Of a stretch of 64,000 nucleotides of DNA, positions 37,592 to 46,859 are shown in pieces; the stretch's first letter is position 1; every line of letters starts with the position of its first letter. The translations under genes were made by a program, and so were the position numbers. Below the pieces are notes generated by a model that had not been told where the DNA came from, did no database searches, and saw only the letters and a list, made by a program, of their open reading frames with translations. The DNA lies in sequence record NC_042098.1; one strand, given 5' to 3'.

Positions 37592-37663
37592 ATGGATCGT
37601 TTAATCATTTTCACCGGGGTAATCGTTACATTCGTCATTAGCATTGCGATGACTGTGACGTAA
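37592..37663 (+). CDS. 23-aa hydrophobic peptide (not in the ORF track)
   Basis: ggagg RBS; MDRLIIFTGVIVTFVISIAMTVT. Confidence 0.55.
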   Translation: MDRLIIFTGVIVTFVISIAMTVT

Positions 37664-37679
37664 CACAAAGGAGAGGGTT

Positions 37680-38093
37680 ATGAATCGCCCTACATTGACC
37701 GTTCGCGGCATGATCGATGAGCTATTAGCCGCTGCAAAAGCGCAACACCCAGATATAACTCGACTGGCAATAAAGGTCGCATATATTCAGAATGAAAAAA
37801 TTAAGTACATTGTGAATATCACCACCGCTACAGGAGTGATACCATTCACGGATGAAAGTCAGATGGATGTTATGGGAGTTGTCGAGCATGAGGTGGCAAA
37901 GATCACCGAACGCGAACGCAATAGACCCAACGTAGGCGAATTAGACATAGCCAGTAACACCACAATAAACCTGTATACGAAGTTTAGGCGCATCTTTGGG
38001 CCTCGACCCATTATCACAGTGAAATTGGGTTATCTTGATCCCGTCACCCCTAACGTCAACAGGGTTACCGTGGAATTAGACTACACTTACTAA
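37680..38093 (+). CDS. hypothetical early protein
   Basis: aaggag RBS. Confidence 0.65.
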   Translation: MNRPTLTVRGMIDELLAAAKAQHPDITRLAIKVAYIQNEKIKYIVNITTATGVIPFTDESQMDVMGVVEHEVAKITERERNRPNVGELDIASNTTINLYTKFRRIFGPRPIITVKLGYLDPVTPNVNRVTVELDYTY

Positions 38094-38098
38094 AGGGT

Positions 38099-38683
38099 TT
38101 GACAATAATGTTAAACAAAATCATTACTGAGAATGTTGGACGCATCTCACTGAAGGTCTGGGATAACTGCGAAGATTATTTGCTTCGCGTCACCCAGGGG
38201 ATTAAACGTGACATCATGCGGGAAATCAAAACGCATGGTGGTCGCACGCAATTCCGCGTCACTGTCCGTAACTCTCTCGGCTATAACAAGGCCGAGGGGA
38301 TCTTTCACGATCTGCAAGTGGTGGTCACCTGTCTGGCCACTTCCAAAGAACTGAAAGAAACCGTGCGCCTGCCCGTCAGCAAAGACAACCCCCTGGCCAT
38401 TATCCAGGGTACGTTAATGCATGCGGCGATCAAAGCCAACGCAGTGCGCAGCTACACCTCGATGAACTCACGGGCTGATGAAGTCCGTAAGACACTGAAG
38501 AGCAACCTGGATGACATGCTGAAAACGCACTCCACGGTCATCTCAGTGCATCAACACAAATCTGGCCATCCTGAAATTGCTGCGGAATTCATTCAAACTG
38601 ACGGTCCTTCCATGGCCGCCTTATTTGAGAAACTTGCGCAGCACTCCCCATTGGGTGGTCTCTCAACACAACCTTCCATGTAA
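38099..38683 (+). CDS. hypothetical early protein
   Basis: operon packing. Confidence 0.65.
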   Translation: MTIMLNKIITENVGRISLKVWDNCEDYLLRVTQGIKRDIMREIKTHGGRTQFRVTVRNSLGYNKAEGIFHDLQVVVTCLATSKELKETVRLPVSKDNPLAIIQGTLMHAAIKANAVRSYTSMNSRADEVRKTLKSNLDDMLKTHSTVISVHQHKSGHPEIAAEFIQTDGPSMAALFEKLAQHSPLGGLSTQPSM

Positions 38684-38740
38684 GTTCTCGTAATCGGCTG
38701 GGCGGGTGAGTATCACCGCCTGGCTTTCCAGGAGTCTATT

Positions 38741-39241
38741 ATGAGCACCTTGCTTAGAGAACTCCTCTCTGGACCCGCAATTCCTTTCGGGTTGGTAATT
38801 GGTATACTCGTTTGGTTATTGCATGTGAAGCTGTCAAACAAATCACATCGACATGTTTACGATGTGGTCGGTCATCAATTGGTTAATGATATCGAACACC
38901 TGTGCCGGGAACTAGCCAGCCCATCGGATCATCGGCGTTACATCAAAACCGATCTTCCACCACAAGGTGATCAGATTAACTACCTGCGTAAGCACATCGA
39001 ATCGCACCTTAAAGCGCGTGTAACTAAATACATCGATGCTGCTTGTTATAACGACAGGACAGCCCGCAGACCACGGGCGAAGTTACACGTCAAGGTGGTT
39101 AACCTGGCGCATATGGGGCAAGGGCTTGAGATAAGTTTTAAACTAGGCCGAGGGATCTTCACCGATCACCGTACCTATTTTAAACCATCCACCTATGCCC
39201 ATGTCAGTCTCTTCTTTAAAGATGAAGTTCTTTCCAAATAA
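38741..39241 (+). CDS. membrane-anchored hypothetical protein
   Basis: aggag RBS; N-terminal TM segment. Confidence 0.65.
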   Translation: MSTLLRELLSGPAIPFGLVIGILVWLLHVKLSNKSHRHVYDVVGHQLVNDIEHLCRELASPSDHRRYIKTDLPPQGDQINYLRKHIESHLKARVTKYIDAACYNDRTARRPRAKLHVKVVNLAHMGQGLEISFKLGRGIFTDHRTYFKPSTYAHVSLFFKDEVLSK

Positions 39242-39253
39242 AGGAATCAGTAG

Positions 39254-40570
39254 ATGTCAAGCAAAAAAGCAGCCAAAGTCAATCCAAAGAAACAACACAA
39301 ACAAGCTGTTGCGCAGCAGACGCAGCAGGTTAACGGTGACCTGGAATGGGCCCGTGGTATCTTTAGCCATATCGACAGCTATTTTGTTCAGCAGGTGAAT
39401 AACCTGGTGCACCGTCGTTATAAAGGCAGCGACAACTATCCGAAACATTTCGGTGCCCGTGTTGAGATCAATGAAAAACACGGTCGCTACGACATCCTGA
39501 AATTCCTGAGCTGGGATGAAGCCGGTGTGCTGGATGACTTCGGTAACCAGACCGGTGAGTTCGAACTCGGCTACGTGCATTTCCATCGCCTGAAAGAGAT
39601 CTCGCAGGATGCACACAAAAACAACCGTCCGGTGGATATCGGCTGGGCGTATGTACCGCACGTTGATTTCGAACACTCCGTTGATGCGGCCATGAAAGCG
39701 GCAGCAAAACATGATCACTTCGAAGCGGCGGTGCGCGCACATCTGCAAGGCGCACTGGATGTCTATGCAACACTGGTCGATGAACTCAAAGCTGAATACC
39801 AGCCTGAGAACGCAGACGGCCAATACGTTGGCGTGTGTTTCTACTTCAACCCAGAAACCAACGTATTGGAATACGTGATGCAGAAACACGGCGTAACCGA
39901 TCTGATCGACGGTAAAGCCTCTGAGCGTGACTTCCGTGACCTGCCGGCTGGCGCTGAAGTTACTGGCCCAATCGTGGTGGATGGCGATACGGACTTCCGT
40001 AACTACAACTCCTGCATGCTGCGTCTGGTAAGCGAAGTGGCGCGTTGGGAACGTATCAGTAAACCAAACAAAGAGTGCATGGAAACTGCAGCAACGGATC
40101 TGGTTGGTCGCATGATCACCAATGCCGAAGCGGCGTTTGAGAAAGCCAAAGAGAAAGCCGCTGCTGAAGGCATCACAGCAGATCTCTCTCTGCGTTACAA
40201 TGGTCTGCGTGGTCTGCTGGAAGTGGTCTACAAAGATGAGCTGGGTAATACCGCGCTGGTTGATATCGGTATGGACGCAGCCGCTGTGCTGTTGATCATG
40301 ACCCGTATCGAACCGGATCTACAGATGTACGTCACCCCACGTTTCAACAAAGCCTTTGTTGAGCGTTTCGGTGCAGGTGACCAGCACGTCAAAAATGACA
40401 ACGGTGATGTGATCGCCACCGAAGTCCCGGCGCGTGGCCTGACTGCTGACTTCCTCGCTTTTGATGAACTCGCTGTCACTGGTCAGGCGTCACCGGTACA
40501 GGAGCTGGATGATGCGTTTGATAAAGACGACGAACCGGCTGCTGATGAAAACTACGCCCTGAAGGCGTAA
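39254..40570 (+). CDS. hypothetical protein, apparently highly expressed
   Basis: aagga RBS; strong optimal-codon bias (ctg, cgt, aaa, gaa); terminator follows. Confidence 0.8.
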   Translation: MSSKKAAKVNPKKQHKQAVAQQTQQVNGDLEWARGIFSHIDSYFVQQVNNLVHRRYKGSDNYPKHFGARVEINEKHGRYDILKFLSWDEAGVLDDFGNQTGEFELGYVHFHRLKEISQDAHKNNRPVDIGWAYVPHVDFEHSVDAAMKAAAKHDHFEAAVRAHLQGALDVYATLVDELKAEYQPENADGQYVGVCFYFNPETNVLEYVMQKHGVTDLIDGKASERDFRDLPAGAEVTGPIVVDGDTDFRNYNSCMLRLVSEVARWERISKPNKECMETAATDLVGRMITNAEAAFEKAKEKAAAEGITADLSLRYNGLRGLLEVVYKDELGNTALVDIGMDAAAVLLIMTRIEPDLQMYVTPRFNKAFVERFGAGDQHVKNDNGDVIATEVPARGLTADFLAFDELAVTGQASPVQELDDAFDKDDEPAADENYALKA

Positions 40571-40658
40571 GTTCGGTTATGGGGGAGGGCTTAGGCTCTC
40601 CCTTTTAACAGTTATCTTTCTTTTTTATTTGATTTTTTACAATGCAGATTTTTTCAGA

Positions 40659-40677
40659 CCTATATGACGGAAGTGAA
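40659..40677 (+). promoter_or_regulatory. putative early promoter (variant)
   Basis: CCTATATGAC-ggaa-GTGAA. Confidence 0.6.
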
Positions 40678-40731
40678 TAGAGCCAGTAGTCACTGACTCG
40701 ACAATCTTAATTCACTTACGAGGTATAGATT

Positions 40732-41169
40732 ATGAAACTGAATAAACTGCGTTATGTTCTTTCTAAGGGATTCATTTCTCTTTGTGCCGACAACATCGAA
40801 GCCATGGGCATGGAAAAAGTTATCCGTATGGCCGAACGTCGTTACATGTTCGCTAACCCAAAAGCTGACGAAGTCGAAATCGACGAGTCTGATGTTAACC
40901 GTGCCCTTAGCATCGCTAAGAACAAAGATGCACGCTATGACCGTATTGCTAACCTGTACTCTTGGTTGGCACGTAACATCTCTGGTGTTCGTAACACTGC
41001 GGCGTTAAACCGTGATGTAATGAAAAGCCTGTGGATGAGCTACCGCGGTTATATCACTGCAAACGCTCTGGAAGAACTGTGGGTGGTTACTAAGGTGTAT
41101 GACAATGGTACTGACCTCGAAGTTGAGTTCAGTGAAGTTTGTGCCCTGATTGCCAACAGCGAAGTATAA
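40732..41169 (+). CDS. hypothetical early protein
   Basis: gaggt RBS; optimal codons. Confidence 0.7.
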   Translation: MKLNKLRYVLSKGFISLCADNIEAMGMEKVIRMAERRYMFANPKADEVEIDESDVNRALSIAKNKDARYDRIANLYSWLARNISGVRNTAALNRDVMKSLWMSYRGYITANALEELWVVTKVYDNGTDLEVEFSEVCALIANSEV

Positions 41170-41665
41170 GGAGCACATTATGTCAAACGGGGTAATGTGG
41201 ATGATGCTAGCGGCCTGTATCGCTATCGGCTTCAAGATTATCGGTACGGCCTTATCTTCCCCGGCCTCGACCGTTGCAGATCTAAAACGCTGGGCTTCTA
41301 TTAAGACACCAGATTTCATTGATGCGGCTTTCACCGGGGAAACGATGTATTGCATTACTGAGCGTACTGCGAAACGCCATTTGGAACTTTATGGCCCAGA
41401 CGGTATCGTAGGCATGTACAGTGATGTGTTTGATGAACTTAGACAATGTACCACTATGGATGGGTGGTTAATCGACGGTAGGATTGTCGACAATAAAAAC
41501 GGAGCAGTACAGATCGCCTTGACCATGACCCGCAACGAAGTGGTTCTCAATAAAGCATACGTTGTCCCATACTTGCAAATCCTGCGAGTCACCGACACGT
41601 TCTCTCCTGAGATTCTCCGTCGTTCTGTTCGTGATGTTCAGGTTATTAATGCAAATGTTGTTTGA
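41150..41665 (+). CDS. membrane-anchored hypothetical protein (likely start MSNG, 41180)
   Basis: aggag RBS before ATG 41180; TM segment. Confidence 0.65.
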   Translation: MPTAKYKEHIMSNGVMWMMLAACIAIGFKIIGTALSSPASTVADLKRWASIKTPDFIDAAFTGETMYCITERTAKRHLELYGPDGIVGMYSDVFDELRQCTTMDGWLIDGRIVDNKNGAVQIALTMTRNEVVLNKAYVVPYLQILRVTDTFSPEILRRSVRDVQVINANVV

Positions 41666-41880
41666 TCCCTCCGAATTTTAGGCCAGGTGCAAACCTGGCC
41701 TTTATGCCGGCCTGGGAATGGTACCCGTTATGCCACTATCAATTAACCAAAATGTAGAAATGGTAGATTGGCCTAACCAAGGGCCAACTACCTAGCCGTC
41801 ATACTGCGCTGGGGGTTCGATGTAACCCCCAGGCAACCCTTATCTATTTAACCTAATTTAACACCAGGGAATTTACTAAA

Positions 41881-42045
41881 ATGGCTTTTATCAAATCACT
41901 GTTCCACAAAGCGTCTTCTACTACTCCTGTTAACATCAGTGTAATCGAAGCCCAGCTGGAAGAGACCCAGCGTATCCTGAACCGTTTAAACAAACATCAG
42001 ACATCAACCGTCCGTGGTGAACGTACTCGCCACAATCACCACTGA
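41881..42045 (+). CDS. 54-aa hypothetical protein (not in the ORF track)
   Basis: aggga RBS; MAFIKSLFHKASSTTPVNISVIEAQLEETQRILNRLNKHQTSTVRGERTRHNHH. Confidence 0.5.
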   Translation: MAFIKSLFHKASSTTPVNISVIEAQLEETQRILNRLNKHQTSTVRGERTRHNHH

Positions 42046-42091
42046 GTGGTGTGCACGAAAGCAAGAAAAGTGTAGTGCAGAAAATCTCACA

Positions 42092-42110
42092 CCTATATAA
42101 CCTGGGTGAT
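42092..42110 (+). promoter_or_regulatory. putative early promoter
   Basis: CCTATATAAC-ctgg-GTGAT. Confidence 0.65.
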
Positions 42111-42170
42111 ATACAGTAGTAAATCAATTGCAGTAACCAACTTAACCTAATTGTCTTGTGAGGTATTATC

Positions 42171-42800
42171 ATGTCAAACGTACTCGAACTGAACACAACT
42201 CCTTCTAACCCGGCAATGGCTGAAGCTTTCCGTAAAGCAGCAACCAAGGATCTCTCGCCGGAACTGGGCGGTGATACCTTACAAGCCGAATTAGCAAACA
42301 TGGAACGTGCAAAAACTGAGCCTGAATCAAACACTGCACGTCTGGCCAAAACCTTAGCGGGCATGACTTCTTCTGTGAAGGACATGAACGAGACGCTGCA
42401 CGAAGCAGCAGGAGAGAACACCATGCATCACACCGATGGCGCTGACAACATGTTCAGCGAAGTAGAAGAAATGATCGAGCCTGAATTCACTGGCAGTCAT
42501 GGTCGTGTCAAAGCAATCGCTCTGCTGTCAGCGGGTTCATTGATTGCGACCGCTGCTACTGCTGCATTATTCACACGTGACAGCAAGACTGTCAAATCAG
42601 TCGCAGTAACGGGTCTGTTAACCAGCAGCATGCTGATCGGCATGGAAGCGATTCAGGCTAAGCGTAATCCGTCTGTGGCGGATCGTCTGGTCATGGGCAA
42701 GAAACGTGCCGCCAAGTTACTGGGCGGTGGTCTGGCAATCGGTGCGGCAACCATGTCAATCGGTTTAACTGTAGGTCGTATCTTTAACTCCGGAGAGTAA
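42171..42800 (+). CDS. early protein with C-terminal hydrophobic helices
   Basis: gaggt RBS; Ala/Gly-rich hydrophobic segments. Confidence 0.7.
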   Translation: MSNVLELNTTPSNPAMAEAFRKAATKDLSPELGGDTLQAELANMERAKTEPESNTARLAKTLAGMTSSVKDMNETLHEAAGENTMHHTDGADNMFSEVEEMIEPEFTGSHGRVKAIALLSAGSLIATAATAALFTRDSKTVKSVAVTGLLTSSMLIGMEAIQAKRNPSVADRLVMGKKRAAKLLGGGLAIGAATMSIGLTVGRIFNSGE

Positions 42801-42801
42801 C

Positions 42802-43182
42802 ATGAGCCAGTTATTCGAGAACATCGATGACGTCATCGAACCAGTAGTCGATCTGAATGTGGCGAAACGTACCCTGATGTTAGCATCCGGGGTGCGAGCT
42901 GTAGCACTGGCAGTGGGTGTCGGTGTCGGCGCAGCTGCCATGAAGATCAAACCTTCAACTGCGGTGAAAGCCGCAGTGATCCCAGCGGTGATCGAACTAG
43001 GTGCAACTTACCTCGGGGTGAGTCGTGCCAGCGAAGTCGAGATCCTGGATAAAGAAGCAACTGTCAGCAACAAATCACACCTCAACGATGCAGCCGTCAA
43101 TTTCATTGCCGGTGCCGTTGCCATTGTAGGCGGTGCAGTCATTGCCCGTGTACTCAAAGGGCCGGAAACACCGGCTGAATAA
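42802..43182 (+). CDS. small hydrophobic early protein
   Basis: ggag RBS; LFENIDDVIEP..AKRTLM motif. Confidence 0.7.
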   Translation: MSQLFENIDDVIEPVVDLNVAKRTLMLASGVRAVALAVGVGVGAAAMKIKPSTAVKAAVIPAVIELGATYLGVSRASEVEILDKEATVSNKSHLNDAAVNFIAGAVAIVGGAVIARVLKGPETPAE

Positions 43183-43197
43183 TCCCAGTAAAGGAAC

Positions 43198-43392
43198 ATG
43201 ACCATGTTTAACAAAACCTGCGAACAGAAAGAGCCAGCTTGTGAAGTCACCATCAATCTTAACGTACAGATCGTAGGCATGGCCGTGGGTTGTGTTCTTG
43301 CGCAGAGTGAGAACACCATGGTCAAAGCCGGCGGCGTGGGCTTGGTAGCCGCGTCCTTCCTGGGCATGATTAAGAAACTGTCTAAACTGTAA
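43198..43392 (+). CDS. small hydrophobic early protein
   Basis: aagga RBS. Confidence 0.6.
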   Translation: MTMFNKTCEQKEPACEVTINLNVQIVGMAVGCVLAQSENTMVKAGGVGLVAASFLGMIKKLSKL

Positions 43393-43458
43393 TTCCTTGT
43401 AGTAACCAAACCCAATCAAACTCACTGTAATTAACCTAACTGTAAAAGAGAGAATATC

Positions 43459-43758
43459 ATGGAAAACATCAACGCATCTGCAATCAACGAAACTGCTAAA
43501 ACTGCTGGCGCTACTGTTGAAGGTATCGTAAAAGAAACCATGTTCGCGAAAGTGGCAGAAGCTGTCGAACCAACTGTCGCGAAGAAGATCGCCAAACGCA
43601 CCCTGATGGCAGGCGGTGTGTTAGCGCTCTGCGGTCTGGGTTACTTCGGCTACCGTGCGCTGAAGAAAACCAAAGCAGTCGTAATCATCACCGAAGGCGA
43701 TGCAGCTAACGAAACCACCACTGACACCACCGTGGTAGCAGACGACACTGCTGCGTAA
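43459..43758 (+). CDS. small early protein with one TM helix
   Basis: MFAKVAEAVEP..IAKRTLM motif; terminator follows. Confidence 0.7.
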   Translation: MENINASAINETAKTAGATVEGIVKETMFAKVAEAVEPTVAKKIAKRTLMAGGVLALCGLGYFGYRALKKTKAVVIITEGDAANETTTDTTVVADDTAA

Positions 43759-43829
43759 TTTTGTGAGGGCTAGGATATCCTAGCCCTTTCCTTTCTCACT
43801 CTTTTTTTTTTGTTAAAGTAGGGACGCCC

Positions 43830-44300
43830 ATGCATGCAATCACAACCGGTACCGTCGCTATTCTGATCTTCATCACCTTCTTGTTTATTTCAGAATGGCG
43901 ATTAAAGGTAAGTAAGAACCTTATCTTCAAAGAAGTCACCCGAATCGCGTACTCGATTATTCGCTATACCGACGTCAAGCAGATCACCCCGGAGATCTAC
44001 CTTATCGCAGCGGAGTTACAAAACCGCATGGTGAAGGTGGGGAACTTCAGTGTGACCGAGAAAGACCGGGAAGTCGCCATGACCATTGCCAAGTACATTT
44101 CAATCTTTGGCAACCAGCGGGTGCGTGATCCGGTTATCCTGTTGCACGTGATCGCCAGACGGTTAAATGAGTTCGATGGGATATCCGCTAAATCGCTGGT
44201 CTCCACCAATGGCCGCCTGGAGCTCGTTATAGGGCGTGATGACGCCACAGACTATGATCGGGTCATCTATCGCTTCAACTCCCCTCAGACGCTCTTCTAG
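43830..44300 (+). CDS. membrane-anchored hypothetical protein
   Basis: N-terminal TM segment. Confidence 0.65.
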   Translation: MHAITTGTVAILIFITFLFISEWRLKVSKNLIFKEVTRIAYSIIRYTDVKQITPEIYLIAAELQNRMVKVGNFSVTEKDREVAMTIAKYISIFGNQRVRDPVILLHVIARRLNEFDGISAKSLVSTNGRLELVIGRDDATDYDRVIYRFNSPQTLF

Positions 44301-44336
44301 ACCGGCATAAGGGGCAGGGTTTCCCCCGCCCACTTA

Positions 44337-44975
44337 TTAACTGGTTAACCGTGCTTCGTAATCCGCAATGATCGTGCGTAACTGGGCAATGGTGTTGTTG
44401 GCTTCCAGCAATTGTGCGTGTTCCGTTGTCCGGCGTTTAATGGCGTTCAAACGGTTCTGCTCGGCCAATCGATATTGCTCAGCCGTCACAGCATTAGTAG
44501 AAGGAGCCACCGCAATCGCAATGGTAGGTTCTATCCCAATCAAATCACTGATCGCTGCTTTAATCACATCTTGTGTTTGTTGCAATTGATCAATGATCGC
44601 CGACGGTACTGCACCCAGCGACATCGACATGACAATGTACTGATATTGAATTGCCGAGTCATCAGGGAACTGGGTGATGTACGTACTGGGGATGTAGATC
44701 GGGGTACGACCTACCGCGCTTAAGGTGATGATGTTTGCCGCCGCCAATACATCCGCATCCATGTCCGCTTGCTTTAACCCCACCGGGGTATAGACACGCG
44801 CCAGAATGTCCACGCCTAAAGCCTGGAGCTCCTGGAAGGTACGAATGGCTTGCACGGTATAGATCACACCTGGATCAACCCGAGCAAAATCCGTGACGTT
44901 GGCCGCACCCATATACGGGGTGGCGACTTTGAACAACCCCTTCGTTAGAATGGGTGGGGTTAATGACGTTGCCAT
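44337..44975 (-). CDS. putative virion structural protein
   Basis: aggag RBS; co-transcribed with 44986..46347; C-terminal coiled coil. Confidence 0.55.
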   Translation of the reverse strand: MATSLTPPILTKGLFKVATPYMGAANVTDFARVDPGVIYTVQAIRTFQELQALGVDILARVYTPVGLKQADMDADVLAAANIITLSAVGRTPIYIPSTYITQFPDDSAIQYQYIVMSMSLGAVPSAIIDQLQQTQDVIKAAISDLIGIEPTIAIAVAPSTNAVTAEQYRLAEQNRLNAIKRRTTEHAQLLEANNTIAQLRTIIADYEARLTS

Positions 44976-44985
44976 GGACTACTCC

Positions 44986-46347
44986 TTATGTATACAGTGA
45001 CTCAACATAAGGTTTCGCCACGACTAAAAACTTAATGCCATTAACAGACTTCGCTGCACAGATTACACCGTCACGCACCACGCGGGAGATCTCTGATGGC
45101 AACTCACTGAACTCTGACATGGTTTCAGCGGCAATCAGCATCTGTTGCATGGCAAAGATAAACGCCTGGGTGTCTGGTGAGATACGGTCAAACTCCACAT
45201 CGTCAGACGGCAGCAAGGCATAATCCGGGTAGAGCTCTTTCAGCTTGATCTGGCCACCGCGGTTAGTCGGTTTCGCCACACTGTAGAGTGCCAGGGATTT
45301 GTGCAGTGCCGGGAAGACCTGCAGTGACGCTTTGATGTGATCAGCCGGATACCATTTCATTACCTTGGTCGGCATCTCCAGCATTGTTTCATAATCCACA
45401 ACCGGAGAGTTGGTGCCCGCTTCGGTGGTTTTGTTAGGAATGCTATAGGAGCGCCAGTCAGGTGCAATGACATACTCGATCGGGTTAAAAAGATCAGGGA
45501 TGACCAACGCCCACTCATCTTCACCGAACTTTGAGTTTGCCAGGATATCGGCTTTCAGCAACTCATAGATCGCATCATCGTTGTTACCGTTCTTACCGTA
45601 ACCGACGATGGTGAAATATCCCGTCTGCCATTTACTGGTATTCTCTTTGTCGTAGATCTTGAATTCAATATCACGGACAAAGGTCGGCGGATTAATGCCC
45701 ATGATGGCATTAATGTTCTTGGCGATATCGCCTTTCGTTACCGAATCGATTGCAGTTTTTGCTGTTGCGTAATCTTCGTGCAACACATCAATTTGGCTCA
45801 ATGGGACAGGATAGTCAGCAAAGAGTTCATAGCGCGGGTAGCTCAGCTCGAACGACTCATCAGATAACCAAATCTTGATGGTGTTGTCATCGCTGCCACT
45901 CAGTTTACCTGAGACCCATTCAGGCGCCCAGTACTTACCGTCAGTGATCATGTCACCGATTGCTAAGTTTTCCCATGACGTATCGAAGTCTGCTTTGATC
46001 TGCTGCAGCGCAATCGTCTTGTCATTGGTGAAACGACCATCAGCAATACGCACGAGCATCCACGCCTGCAAACTAAGGATTGCCAGACTGTAAGTATTTG
46101 CTAATTGGAACGCTACGTTATTCTCATCAACTGCTGTGAAAACAAGTAGAGCAGTACCTGGTTTATCCGTGTTAGTGTACGTCCCAATATCCCGTGAAAA
46201 AGACATTGAGAGTTGCGATATTTCGCCAATGGGGTTAGTAACACCTTTCTGGTTGTTATTCAGTGACGGATACACCGAAAACCCTAAGATCGTTTTCATA
46301 GCTCGCCCTTTACATGGGATGGGATTAAGATACATAACATTTAACAC
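44986..46347 (-). CDS. putative virion structural protein (likely start MKTILG)
   Basis: long ORF in the conserved-looking block next to RNase H/UvsX; the structural role is inferred from context. Confidence 0.5.
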   Translation of the reverse strand: MLNVMYLNPIPCKGRAMKTILGFSVYPSLNNNQKGVTNPIGEISQLSMSFSRDIGTYTNTDKPGTALLVFTAVDENNVAFQLANTYSLAILSLQAWMLVRIADGRFTNDKTIALQQIKADFDTSWENLAIGDMITDGKYWAPEWVSGKLSGSDDNTIKIWLSDESFELSYPRYELFADYPVPLSQIDVLHEDYATAKTAIDSVTKGDIAKNINAIMGINPPTFVRDIEFKIYDKENTSKWQTGYFTIVGYGKNGNNDDAIYELLKADILANSKFGEDEWALVIPDLFNPIEYVIAPDWRSYSIPNKTTEAGTNSPVVDYETMLEMPTKVMKWYPADHIKASLQVFPALHKSLALYSVAKPTNRGGQIKLKELYPDYALLPSDDVEFDRISPDTQAFIFAMQQMLIAAETMSEFSELPSEISRVVRDGVICAAKSVNGIKFLVVAKPYVESLYT

Positions 46348-46377
46348 AGTGTACGAGGGCCTGTAGGGAGACGAGAC

Positions 46378-46785
46378 GTGTTGTGGTTAAAGCTATTCTT
46401 TTGGAGTCTTCCTTTCATAAAAAAGCGGTCAAAGACTTTCATGGCCGATGGAGCGACTCGTTATAATGCATCGAAAAAAGCACGGGGTTGGTTCTACGCT
46501 ATTTCGATGTCATTCTTTCTATTCCTTGGCATCCTTACCTGGGGCTACCGCCAGTATGACTACCTGTCCAAACAGAACCGTCATATGACTGAAGAGATCT
46601 CCCAGCTTAAAGGTCGCATCAACATCTACCCTACTCTTTCTGATACAATTGAACAGAACCGTTTGTTATTGACACAAAACCATGATCTTGCAGAGGAACT
46701 CATTAAAACTCGTCAAAACAATAACGAGTTATATAAAGAGAACCAAAAACTGCAAAGTCAGCTTGAAAAAGCATTAGGTAAATGA
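46378..46785 (+). CDS. membrane protein with C-terminal coiled coil
   Basis: TM segment FYAISMSFFLFLGILTWGY followed by a heptad-rich tail. Confidence 0.6.
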   Translation: MLWLKLFFWSLPFIKKRSKTFMADGATRYNASKKARGWFYAISMSFFLFLGILTWGYRQYDYLSKQNRHMTEEISQLKGRINIYPTLSDTIEQNRLLLTQNHDLAEELIKTRQNNNELYKENQKLQSQLEKALGK

Positions 46786-46859
46786 TGAACACCCGTTTTG
46801 GTAATTTATTACGTAGTTGATCAATTATAAGAGAGATATTGTTTATTCGAGGGTGTTTC

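Noticed and set aside
41800-41835. GGGGGTTCGATG resembling a tRNA T-loop
   Set aside because: No acceptor stem, D-arm, anticodon arm or CCA can be built around it; it is a simple hairpin
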